From positions 1 to 37,454 of IMG/VR virus record IMGVR_UViG_3300042472_000628: a stretch of DNA of 37,454 nucleotides. One strand, written 5' to 3'. This document shows positions 18,291-27,948 of the stretch, piece by piece. Each line of letters opens with the position of its first letter. Position 1 is the first letter of the stretch. Position numbers and translations under genes: made by a program. Source of the stretch: a virus (taxonomy: Duplodnaviria; Heunggongvirae; Uroviricota; Caudoviricetes). The notes under the pieces are model-generated. The model was given only the letters and a program-made list of their open reading frames with translations. It was not told the origin of the DNA and made no database searches.

Positions 18291-21200
18291 ATGGCATCAA
18301 TTTCAATTAAGACAACTCCATACGCAACCAGTGTTTTAGCATGTACTAACGGACCTGCTTCGAGTGGTAATCTAACTTTATTTTATACTAGTACAGCACT
18401 TGCAATAGATGTATTTTTATATACTGATTTTGCTCAATCGTTAGCGTTTAATGGCGCTGATAAATGGTATTATATAGGAGATACTTCAGAGACCATTCAG
18501 ATTGATATTAATGGTAAAGTAACTGATATTGCTGCGTGTGCTAGTCCGACTGCAACACCAGTTGTACCGACTGCAACACCTGCACCGTCTGCAATTCCGC
18601 CAACACCGACACCAACATCAATTCCGCCAACGCCAACACCAACTGCAATTCCACCGACTGCGACGCCAATTCCACCAACTCCAAGTCCTACACCTGATAG
18701 TGTACCGATTGCGATAAGTGCTGCATATAGTGTTGCTTGGAATGGAACGTTGACTATTACATTGACAGGTCTAGATGATCAGACTACTAATTTATTTTAT
18801 ACTATTGTTACTCCGCCTACTAAAGGCACATTGACTAGAGTCGGTGTCGCTGGTTCGGCAATATATTCATATGTGCATACAGCATCTACTGTTGGATCTG
18901 ATTCATTCACATTTACAGTAAGAGATGGATTTAATCAAACTTCTCCATCTGCTACTATAACAATTAATCCTGCAAATGCAGTTCCTGTGATTGTAAATCC
19001 AGGTACAATTAATGTAACACAGAATAGTTTTTCTAATTTTAATGTATCTGTTACCGATTCAGATGGTGACGCTATAACTTTATCTACTATAACTAGTCCT
19101 ATAAAAGGTGCTATAACAATAAATGGTCAAACTGGAAATACAATAAGCGTAAAATATACAACTCTTGTAGGCTTAACGGGTTCTGACAGTTGGACTATTA
19201 GAGCTACTGATTCAAAGGGTGGACAATCTACGCAATTTACAGTTTTATTTAATATTATTCCAACGCCTAGATTTACGATGGATATTGGATCTTTTGGAAA
19301 TGATCCAACATCAATGTGTTTTTCTACGCCGATTACTCTAGCATATGGTTCTACTTCTCAAGCAAATAATGTTTCTGAGTTAGCGATAGGCGATTCTATT
19401 TATTACGATGAAAGTCTAACTAATAAAGTGATTCCACCTAGTTCTATTATAAATTTAGTAAAAGTTTCTGATAGTTATGCATCGGTAATTTTAGGAATAG
19501 ATCTTTCTGGTGAAATTATCAGCAAAACTCCATGTACTATTACATCTACATCATCTTTTACAGATGTTAAGTATTCTACAAATTCTAGAGAGTATTGTTC
19601 AGGCGATTATTCAATCGTAAAATTGTGGTATAATGGTACTGTAGCTAAAACTTTAAGTGAATTAGTTGATGGCAATATACCTCTTTTTAGTAGCGAATAT
19701 TATTCTAATTTAGGAGCTACTCAACTTGGTCAAATAGATAGTGGAATTTATAGTGATATTAATTCGATCAATACTTACTATAAGCGATCTACTACAGACA
19801 CGTGGGGTGCATCAGTACCTGGTTTAGGTCTTTTTGAATGGCAATGTGGTACATTAATTCCTAACGAGACTTTTGAATTAACTTCTATTTATAAAACTAA
19901 TTTATCAGATCCTACTATAAATCAGTTTTGTGCTGGAACATCAAGTTCAACATCTTTATTTTATGTTAGACAAGAAGGTATGCAACCATTTAGTGGTTTA
20001 TTGGCACTAGCCAAATCAAATACACCTATTTATAAATCTAGTATAGGCGCTACAACAGAAGATCCTGATGATTTATTTGAATCTAATATATTTGAAGATA
20101 GTTATGGATATTTAGCTTGGGAAAATATAGGTGATGGAGTTAACTTCAAATGGTACGGCTATGATACCAATAATTTATTAGTATCAGGCGGTGATATATC
20201 TGCATATGGTGATTGTGGAGATTATATCAAACCTGAAATAGTTACAAATGAGTTCGATGCTAATGGAAAAATAAAAAATGTATTTTACGGATTTTATTCT
20301 TGTAATCCTGAAATTGAAGGACCTCAGGCCGGTAGTAATACTGAGACTTTGTTTTGGCCTATATACATCATAGATGGATTGCACACTGATAACGATGGAG
20401 ATCCAGGTAGTTATATAGAAGATTTCATAGATACTATAGAGTTCAAAAACGTCATATCTTCCAGCAGCTTCGATAGCTGTTTAGAATACAGCTTTAAAAT
20501 TATTGCTGAAGACATTGATGAAGCTGTGGCTCTATTAGAAAGTTCAGGATTAGATCCTCAACAAAGACCAGTTGTTTCAAGTGGAACGCAAATTGGTTTA
20601 GGAAGTGAAGCTGTCGTACAAGTATACTCAGATACAAAACCATGTATTTCTAATGTTACTAGTTTAGTATTAGAAACTTATACGTTTCCGTTAATAGCTG
20701 ATTATGAAACTATTAAAGCAGGTCCTAATTTTAAAACTCAAACTAATTATCAATTGGATAACGTTACAAAACCATTATTAAGAACTAATCCGAAATTATC
20801 GGGTAATATTAAAATTGTTACAAGTTCAAATGGTTCTGTTTATTTAGAAAGTATTAATGCTTCTAAAGAATTAGCAGCTATAAAATATAAAAAGAATGTA
20901 GTTAATCCTAATGGTAATTATGCAGCTGATGTTGCAAATTTCTTTAAAAATACTGGAACACCTTCGGATTTGATTTATTTAACAAAAAGATCTGAATCTG
21001 ATTTAACAGTATTAGGTTCTTATGATAAACAAATAGAAGAGGAATACCAATATGGTACAACATATAATTATTCTAAAAACTATGATGAAAATTATAGGAT
21101 TTTTGCACCTATCTGGGTTGACAATAATATGCCAGATAACTTTGTAATTTTCAAAGTTAAAAATCCAACGGGTATTGATGCTGCAACAGTTAGTGCTGAT

Positions 21201-24200
21201 AACGTTTCAAGAATTCAAGAGATATTAAAAAATGCTGAAATAGTTAAAACGTTTGATCTATCGAAAAAATCAGATTTAGGTAAGTATATTAGAAATCATG
21301 TACAACAAGAAACTTTTCCAAAGGCGCCAATTACTGTTTCATTTGGTAAAAACGACATGACAAGTTTTAATGGTATTGACATTAAGTCTGGTGAATTAAC
21401 TAGTAAAGGTGAATACATTTACAAAGATTATGTTGAAGCTGACAAACCTCTTATTGAAGCCAATGATTTTATCACAGATGGTTTTAGAAGAAATGGTATG
21501 TTATGCGCTAACTTGTTAAACTTAGAGTTTTTATTTGACGATGAAAGTTCAAGTGACTATAGTGTTAACAGATACTTTGGATTATATGTTGATGCAATTG
21601 ATTCTGGAATAGGTGAAATAAATTCTATAGATAATAATATTATTAAGTTTAGTAATGTTACGTCTTACGTTGATGCTAATAATCCTATTACTGCAATCCC
21701 ATCACATAAACAAATGTCTACTTCGCCTACATTAGGTTACGTATCAATAAACGATATTTACTATAAGATTTCTAATTCAGGACTTTATGATCCTAAACAA
21801 TTGGAAGTTAAGATAGATGATACTACTGGAAATATACCGAGCGCGATTGGAATATCTCACACTGGAAGATCGGTTGATTTAATCAAGAATGATGAAAGAG
21901 GTTATGACTTTGTTAAAATGTCAATTATAGATGTTCCAGATAGCAGCGATGCAATTGCTGTTGTAAGTTCTAGAGAAGAATCTTATAAGTTTACATTTGT
22001 AAAACACACACCTGGAGAAACGATTAACATCAATATCGAGGATTCAACTGGACCATATCAATTTCAATTTACTACAGCTGCAAACTTTGGTTTAACAGCT
22101 TTAAATATGGCAAATGCTTGGTCTATTTTTGCATTAAAATCTGAATTGAGATTGGACATTGATGCGAATGCAAAAACATTTATTATAACTGAAATTAAAA
22201 CAAACTTGGGCGATCTTAATATGTATGTTTCTGGAGCCATTAGTTCTATTATACGAATTGATCAAATTCAAACAAACATAAATATTCAAAACAGAACATA
22301 TTCTGCTAATTATACTTTACCAAAAGGAACATACAGTGGAAAATTCTTTTCTAATCAAGGTAAATTAGGCGATATTGCTTCTGCTTTAGCAAGTGCTATA
22401 CATGCTGATGATAGTGCATTAGATGCATTCAGTATTGGACAGGATATTTGGATTAAAGCCAGAATTCCTGGTTATAAGTTATTGCAATATACAGTTTTGG
22501 TTAATAAATTAAATGTGATTGATTTTGTAAAAGTTAATAATAGAGATGTAGATAATATTCTAAAATTAAGAGATGGAGCTAGTACAGTATTATCTAAGTG
22601 GGATGCATATTATTTAACTGGTGGTAATTCTACTAGCAAATCTATCTTTATTAATAATACAACTATTAGTGAGATTTCTATAGGAGATTATTTAGAAACT
22701 AAATATACTAATCAATTTAATAGAGTGTTGGATATTGTTGAAGATATAACTGTTCCTAATTCTACTAGATCTAAATTAATAATGCAATCAAAGTCAGATA
22801 CACCCGATGGTGAAGCTAGAGTATTTAATGAAAACATAGTTAAAATTGGACTATTCTCAGCGTATGACATATATGACATGAATTTTGATTTTTACGATAC
22901 TTCTAATTCTGATCTAAAAGAATTAGATTATGAAACTAGAATTAAATTAAATTATGAGCCATATGAAAATGCTATAACAAAGATTGATCCCATTACTGGC
23001 GAATTTAATACTACATTGGAAGCTAATGATATATTTGATGATAGTTTTGCATTAGATCCTATAAACTATTTCTCAAACCTTTCTGAAATATTATCAGAAG
23101 AAACCGTAGGAGAAATAACCAGTCAGAATATTACAAGTGAATTTGATAGGTTAAAAGAAAATGAACTTAAAGAGTTTGCTATAAATTCAAGAGTGGTTCC
23201 TAATATTAACAAATGGGTTTTAAAAGATTCATTGACAGTAAGAGATCAACCTTATTACTTAAATACTAATGAGGCTTTTGGTAGAACTAATTTCTCACCA
23301 GATTTAAGTGCTACTAAACGTAATAGAAATGATATGACTCATGAATGGTTTTATATGGATAAAAAACCAAAGTATTTAAGATATGACGAATTAAATGATA
23401 CGTTTTCATATGTTAATTTTATTGAAGACTTTGAATTAACTGCTGATTTATTTAAGAGTACTAAGAACAATTATTTTGATAAGTTCATGATAACTGAAGG
23501 TTTTGAAAAGAACCTGGATGCAAATGATATAACGAGTATTTATGATAAGTTTGGTGAATTCACTAGAAGATATTTAAATCCAGATGATGTAAACAATACT
23601 TTCTTTAAAACAAATTTAAAGAAAAAATATACATTAATTGATGGTGGAGATACTAGTGCTTTTGCTAGTACTATATTTAAGGGATTAAAAGTTGTTCTTA
23701 AAAACAGAAAAGAATTTACAGAAAAAGTTGCATTAGACTTTGTACCTACAAGTGAATTTAATGGATACAAATTTAGTATTTTATTGAAGACTAATACTGA
23801 TGTGAAAACTAATAGTGTTGATTTTGAAGTAATTCAAAATAAGAAATTTAAATTTGTAATATTCTTTATTAACTTAAACATAAGTGATTATTGGATTAAG
23901 GGAAATATGAATAGAAAACTACTTTATGAATTAAACCATAAAATAGTATACGATCATACAATAGAAGATTATAATTATGCTAACACTTCTTTTAATGGTG
24001 CATTAAGTTGGAATACTGCTAATTTTACTGGAAGTACGCCATATGCGGTTGAAGGTATTAATCATTTTGATGGATCTGTTCCTAATTTTGAGAACGATAT
24101 TTTAATAGGTGAAAATGGATTATTTGGAGAAGTATTAATGGACATTTATCCAGAAACTCCTGGTAATACAATGTATAAGTTTTCAATTTATTCAATTCAA

Positions 24201-25649
24201 GATACTAACACTATGTTTGTTGTTTCAAAACCTGTTAATGTTAATGATCCAAATGATATATTAGATATTACATATTTGCCTAATTATATTCAGAAGAAAA
24301 TTAAGTATTATTACACAAACGGAGGTAGTAATATTCATAAAACGCTTTTAGAGAAAATATCTATAAATAGGGTTGCAGATATGATTAATTTAAATGATGA
24401 TAGTGTTACATATACTACCGTTGAAGAAGATGGAACTGTAAATAATAATAGATTTACTGTTAATTTTGATGATGGTAATGAAATAATTAAATACGCAAAC
24501 ATTTCTATCGAAGAAGATAATGATAAACCTAAAAGTTATAAATTATTTAAAGGTATTATTGGTTATAATCTTGTTAGATCTAATGAGGCTTTATACTATC
24601 CATTCTTAGTTAGACATAATGGTGCATACACTGTTGATTTTACACCAGTGATAACATTTACTGATATGTACACTCATTTTAAATCTAATAGAATTCAAGC
24701 AAGTGCAGATCAAAGAGAAACAGGATTAGAGTCTATATTATATAAGCACTCCTTAACTGACGGATATGAATTAACTACGGCTAAATCATATTATGAAAGA
24801 TATAATAGATGCGGTACTACGTTTAATGTAGGATTTATACAAGATGATGGCACACATGATAAATATTTCGGTGTTATTAAAAACCATTTTTATCATAAAG
24901 TTAATGAAATAAATCCAACAGGTATTACAAAGCTTTCAGAGTCATCTGATAAACTTCCATTGTACCCATTAATTGATGAAGTTGCTATATCAAAAAAAGA
25001 TGTAAACGTATTTAGATCTTCATGGGATGCTGGTTATTATACAAGAGCTTTTTCTGGTGGAAAATCAGAAGACATTCCTGGAACATTAGACAATACTGAA
25101 GAAAGATCTTATCTTGCATCTACAGTAATGAAGGTTAAAAATAATTACGATCTTATTTCGTTTAAATATCAAACTATTGGAAGCAAAGAAAAACTAGATG
25201 AAATACTAAGCAACTCTATAAATGATGCTGAAGTATTGGTGTTCGAAGATGAGAATGAAATCGTTGCTGATTTTTATATTACTGATATTACTACTAGATT
25301 GTTAAAAGAAGACGGAGTATTAACTGGAATTCAAAACTATGTAAGTGTTCAAAATTCAGCAGGTGATAAAACGACATTATCTGATGATGCTGATTTTTAT
25401 ATAAGTAAGAATATCATTGAGCAATTTGTAGTTGATTCTGTTAAATTATACACTAAAAGATTCAAAGGAGCTGCTTCAAGTATAGTTAGTTCTAACGATA
25501 TTAATTTAATAGGTGATGGAGGATTTTCCCCTGATAATAATTTCACTTATAAACCACATAAGCAAACGCCTATGAATTTTAGGTTGATATATAATAAAAG
25601 ATTAGGATATTCTTACGACATTAAACCTATGATAAAAATAAAGTCATAA
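18291..25649 (+). CDS. Giant virion protein (2452 aa): Cys-bracketed modules, Pro/Thr linker, two cadherin/Big_9-like Ig domains and a large C-terminal structural core
   Basis: Ig motifs PPTKGTL...GSDSFTFTVRDG and PIKGAI...GSDSWTIRATDSKGG; PT tract; probable core begins near LLRTNPKLSGNIK (~20775). Confidence 0.65.
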   Translation: MASISIKTTPYATSVLACTNGPASSGNLTLFYTSTALAIDVFLYTDFAQSLAFNGADKWYYIGDTSETIQIDINGKVTDIAACASPTATPVVPTATPAPSAIPPTPTPTSIPPTPTPTAIPPTATPIPPTPSPTPDSVPIAISAAYSVAWNGTLTITLTGLDDQTTNLFYTIVTPPTKGTLTRVGVAGSAIYSYVHTASTVGSDSFTFTVRDGFNQTSPSATITINPANAVPVIVNPGTINVTQNSFSNFNVSVTDSDGDAITLSTITSPIKGAITINGQTGNTISVKYTTLVGLTGSDSWTIRATDSKGGQSTQFTVLFNIIPTPRFTMDIGSFGNDPTSMCFSTPITLAYGSTSQANNVSELAIGDSIYYDESLTNKVIPPSSIINLVKVSDSYASVILGIDLSGEIISKTPCTITSTSSFTDVKYSTNSREYCSGDYSIVKLWYNGTVAKTLSELVDGNIPLFSSEYYSNLGATQLGQIDSGIYSDINSINTYYKRSTTDTWGASVPGLGLFEWQCGTLIPNETFELTSIYKTNLSDPTINQFCAGTSSSTSLFYVRQEGMQPFSGLLALAKSNTPIYKSSIGATTEDPDDLFESNIFEDSYGYLAWENIGDGVNFKWYGYDTNNLLVSGGDISAYGDCGDYIKPEIVTNEFDANGKIKNVFYGFYSCNPEIEGPQAGSNTETLFWPIYIIDGLHTDNDGDPGSYIEDFIDTIEFKNVISSSSFDSCLEYSFKIIAEDIDEAVALLESSGLDPQQRPVVSSGTQIGLGSEAVVQVYSDTKPCISNVTSLVLETYTFPLIADYETIKAGPNFKTQTNYQLDNVTKPLLRTNPKLSGNIKIVTSSNGSVYLESINASKELAAIKYKKNVVNPNGNYAADVANFFKNTGTPSDLIYLTKRSESDLTVLGSYDKQIEEEYQYGTTYNYSKNYDENYRIFAPIWVDNNMPDNFVIFKVKNPTGIDAATVSADNVSRIQEILKNAEIVKTFDLSKKSDLGKYIRNHVQQETFPKAPITVSFGKNDMTSFNGIDIKSGELTSKGEYIYKDYVEADKPLIEANDFITDGFRRNGMLCANLLNLEFLFDDESSSDYSVNRYFGLYVDAIDSGIGEINSIDNNIIKFSNVTSYVDANNPITAIPSHKQMSTSPTLGYVSINDIYYKISNSGLYDPKQLEVKIDDTTGNIPSAIGISHTGRSVDLIKNDERGYDFVKMSIIDVPDSSDAIAVVSSREESYKFTFVKHTPGETININIEDSTGPYQFQFTTAANFGLTALNMANAWSIFALKSELRLDIDANAKTFIITEIKTNLGDLNMYVSGAISSIIRIDQIQTNINIQNRTYSANYTLPKGTYSGKFFSNQGKLGDIASALASAIHADDSALDAFSIGQDIWIKARIPGYKLLQYTVLVNKLNVIDFVKVNNRDVDNILKLRDGASTVLSKWDAYYLTGGNSTSKSIFINNTTISEISIGDYLETKYTNQFNRVLDIVEDITVPNSTRSKLIMQSKSDTPDGEARVFNENIVKIGLFSAYDIYDMNFDFYDTSNSDLKELDYETRIKLNYEPYENAITKIDPITGEFNTTLEANDIFDDSFALDPINYFSNLSEILSEETVGEITSQNITSEFDRLKENELKEFAINSRVVPNINKWVLKDSLTVRDQPYYLNTNEAFGRTNFSPDLSATKRNRNDMTHEWFYMDKKPKYLRYDELNDTFSYVNFIEDFELTADLFKSTKNNYFDKFMITEGFEKNLDANDITSIYDKFGEFTRRYLNPDDVNNTFFKTNLKKKYTLIDGGDTSAFASTIFKGLKVVLKNRKEFTEKVALDFVPTSEFNGYKFSILLKTNTDVKTNSVDFEVIQNKKFKFVIFFINLNISDYWIKGNMNRKLLYELNHKIVYDHTIEDYNYANTSFNGALSWNTANFTGSTPYAVEGINHFDGSVPNFENDILIGENGLFGEVLMDIYPETPGNTMYKFSIYSIQDTNTMFVVSKPVNVNDPNDILDITYLPNYIQKKIKYYYTNGGSNIHKTLLEKISINRVADMINLNDDSVTYTTVEEDGTVNNNRFTVNFDDGNEIIKYANISIEEDNDKPKSYKLFKGIIGYNLVRSNEALYYPFLVRHNGAYTVDFTPVITFTDMYTHFKSNRIQASADQRETGLESILYKHSLTDGYELTTAKSYYERYNRCGTTFNVGFIQDDGTHDKYFGVIKNHFYHKVNEINPTGITKLSESSDKLPLYPLIDEVAISKKDVNVFRSSWDAGYYTRAFSGGKSEDIPGTLDNTEERSYLASTVMKVKNNYDLISFKYQTIGSKEKLDEILSNSINDAEVLVFEDENEIVADFYITDITTRLLKEDGVLTGIQNYVSVQNSAGDKTTLSDDADFYISKNIIEQFVVDSVKLYTKRFKGAASSIVSSNDINLIGDGGFSPDNNFTYKPHKQTPMNFRLIYNKRLGYSYDIKPMIKIKS
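18543..18695 (+). repeat. Pro/Thr-rich PTATP/PPTPTPT coding repeat
   Basis: SPTATPVVPTATPAPSAIPPTPTPTSIPPTPTPTAIPPTATPIPPTPSPTP. Confidence 0.9.
25586..25594 (+). promoter_or_regulatory. Possible internal late promoter GATATATAA for the collagen fibre gene
   Basis: Exact motif about 57 nt upstream of the ATG at 25651, inside the end of the giant gene. Confidence 0.35.
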
Positions 25650-25650
25650 A

Positions 25651-27312
25651 ATGGCAATTAACATTCAAGAGATATTACACCCAAGCGATTCGGACTCTAT
25701 AAAGTTTGAGAAAATCAATTATAACTTTGATCAAATTTTAGCGAATGGCGGTGGGCCAATTGGACCAAAGGGTCAAAAAGGTGATCAAGGTCTACAAGGA
25801 AGTACTGGTCAAAAAGGTCAAAAAGGTGAAACAGGACCTATTGGTTTAAAAGGTGTTTCCGGAGCTACTGATAGTCCATGGTACAAAGTTAATGTCGATA
25901 CAAATAATGATGGTCAAAATGAAGTTAGTATTTTAAAACCTAAAATTGGATCAGATTCAAATATGCCTATTATCTGGTTAGGTGATGATGCATTTCAAGA
26001 AGATGTAACAAATGGTGATATTTCTACTAATGCTAGATTATCAATTGCCAAAGATTCTACCTTTGAAAATTATATTAAATTATATCATGCTATCGATAAA
26101 GCACTAGTAATGACAAGTATTACTAGTACAACGACTGAGGGTATATTTTCTAAATTTAATTGGCAAAATGCATTTGGTAGTTCAAATATAGAATTTGGAG
26201 CTACTACAGATAAAATTACATTCTTTGCAAACAATTATTCATTTTCAGCTAGCGGTGTTGGAATCAATTTAAAGTCAATTGGTAATACAAATATCAAACT
26301 TAGTAGCACTGGTTTTGGAATTTTAGATGTAGACATGAATGCTGAATTTAAGGGTTATTTAAGATTGCCTGCTGGTACTACAGGTCAAAGACCTTCTGTA
26401 CCTCAATTAGGTATGATTAGATTTAATATTGATTTAGATATTGTTGAAGCTTATTATAATAATGGTGGAACTCCTGAGTGGAGAGAATTATGTACTGATT
26501 GTGGAACACCAGTCGGTGATAGTATCGGTATTTCAGGTGGAGATATAAATGCTAATGCTGATGGATCTCCAGCAACTGATACAATTGAAATTATTGGAGG
26601 TGATATTCATGCTAATGTCGATGGTTCACCATATTCTGCAGTAAGCGCAGCATTAAGTGCAGTTGGATCTACTTCACTTACAGCAACTTATAATATTCCA
26701 ACAACACTTTATTTAAATTATACAATTGCACCTACATCATCTGATCCAGGATCTTCTAACGTATTTGTTAATACTCCTGGATTAACTATCACTCCTGAAC
26801 CTTCTAGTAATAGAATAAAAGTTGTGACAAGTGTTGATGTTGTTGGTAAAACTTGGAACGTAACAGTTAAACATCCATTAGATTCGAATGTTATGGTAGT
26901 TTGGAATATATCATTAGTAAGTGCTGCATCACCAACTGCAACACCAGTTACACCAACTGCTACTCCAGTCCCAGCGCCTACTGCAACACCTAGTCCAGTC
27001 GCAACTGCAACAATAACTAATGTATTACATGTTGTTGATGATACAGTAAGTGTTGTTTTCAACTTAAGTGATACTGTTAATTGTTCGGCAGTTACAGTTC
27101 AATACAGTTCTAATCCAACTGGACCATGGAATGGTAATACATCAGGTTGTTCATCACCTCGTGCAGTTGAGATTTATGGTGCATGTGGAACCACATACTA
27201 CTTTAGAGTTGTTGAAACTAGAAGTGGTTTAACAGATGTTATATCTAATGTATATGAATTCACATATCCAGATTGTGACTATGGAGGTGGAGGAACAGGA
27301 TCTATTGTATAA
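25651..27312 (+). CDS. Tail fibre protein: gp9/gp10-like N-terminus, collagen triple helix, fibre repeat, Ig-like module, PT linker, FN3-like C-terminus
   Basis: KINYNFDQIL; 13 Gly-X-Y triplets; LPAGTTGQRP...GMIRFN...VEAY...W phage fibre motif; C-terminal VTVQYSSNPTGPW...CGTTYYFRV FN3-like. Confidence 0.75.
   Translation: MAINIQEILHPSDSDSIKFEKINYNFDQILANGGGPIGPKGQKGDQGLQGSTGQKGQKGETGPIGLKGVSGATDSPWYKVNVDTNNDGQNEVSILKPKIGSDSNMPIIWLGDDAFQEDVTNGDISTNARLSIAKDSTFENYIKLYHAIDKALVMTSITSTTTEGIFSKFNWQNAFGSSNIEFGATTDKITFFANNYSFSASGVGINLKSIGNTNIKLSSTGFGILDVDMNAEFKGYLRLPAGTTGQRPSVPQLGMIRFNIDLDIVEAYYNNGGTPEWRELCTDCGTPVGDSIGISGGDINANADGSPATDTIEIIGGDIHANVDGSPYSAVSAALSAVGSTSLTATYNIPTTLYLNYTIAPTSSDPGSSNVFVNTPGLTITPEPSSNRIKVVTSVDVVGKTWNVTVKHPLDSNVMVVWNISLVSAASPTATPVTPTATPVPAPTATPSPVATATITNVLHVVDDTVSVVFNLSDTVNCSAVTVQYSSNPTGPWNGNTSGCSSPRAVEIYGACGTTYYFRVVETRSGLTDVISNVYEFTYPDCDYGGGGTGSIV
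25753..25869 (+). repeat. Collagen-like (Gly-X-Y)13
   Basis: GPIGPKGQKGDQGLQGSTGQKGQKGETGPIGLKGVSGAT. Confidence 0.92.
26518..26631 (+). repeat. Tandem 18-aa duplication DSIGISGGDINANADGSP / DTIEIIGGDIHANVDGSP
   Basis: Visible in protein and DNA with a 60-nt period. Confidence 0.85.
26929..26997 (+). repeat. Pro/Thr-rich PTATP coding repeat
   Basis: SPTATPVTPTATPVPAPTATPSP. Confidence 0.85.
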
Positions 27313-27337
27313 AATTAAATATAAAATAATAAAATAA

Positions 27338-27907
27338 ATGGCAGCTAACGATTATACAAGAAGTGTGAGTATTACACCACAAAGTTCATCTTATTCATGG
27401 AGTACACCTCCAAGTTGGATCACTATAATACAATTTGGCGCTAGCAACGATTGGGTAATTACTATTGCTGCAAATACAGGTGCTTACAGAAGTGCAACTA
27501 TTTCTGTTACACATAGTAATGGAGTTACAACAGATAGTATAAATATTATCCAAGAAGGCGTTTCTTCTGGTGGTGGAGCAGGTATACCAACTGCAACTCC
27601 AATTGTACCAACTGCAACACCAGCTGCAACTAGTTCAGGTGGAGCAGGTATACCGACTGCTACTCCAATCCCAGCTCCGACTGCAACGCCACCTCCAACT
27701 AGTTCAGGTGGAGCAGGAATAACAGCATATACATATTCTGTTTTCGGTACTGATTTTTATAGTTTCGGTAACGTATCATATATCAATCAAGCCGGTGAAT
27801 ATAGATCATCGTCTGTTGGTTATAATCAAACTATTTCGATTTGTGCTAGGTCAATTATAAGTCAAAGTGGTTGTAATGTAACGAACACATATAGCATGTG
27901 TTTCTAA
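27338..27907 (+). CDS. BACON-domain protein with PT/Gly linker and small Cys-containing C-terminal domain
   Basis: W...PSWIT...ITIAANTGAYRSATISV...INIIQ is a BACON-type Ig signature; duplicated TSSGGAG/IPTATP units. Confidence 0.7.
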   Translation: MAANDYTRSVSITPQSSSYSWSTPPSWITIIQFGASNDWVITIAANTGAYRSATISVTHSNGVTTDSINIIQEGVSSGGGAGIPTATPIVPTATPAATSSGGAGIPTATPIPAPTATPPPTSSGGAGITAYTYSVFGTDFYSFGNVSYINQAGEYRSSSVGYNQTISICARSIISQSGCNVTNTYSMCF

Positions 27908-27921
27908 TCTAATAAAATTAG

Positions 27922-27929
27922 GATAAATA
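27922..27929 (+). promoter_or_regulatory. Putative late promoter GATAAATA
   Basis: Motif variant in the gap about 20 nt before the ATG at 27949. Confidence 0.45.
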
Positions 27930-27948
27930 TAAAAAGAAAATAATAACA

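Noticed and set aside
18114-24865. Internal GATAAATA copies at 18114 and 24858 as promoters
   Set aside because: They encode ordinary Asp-Lys-Tyr codons in AT-rich sequence and are compatible with chance.
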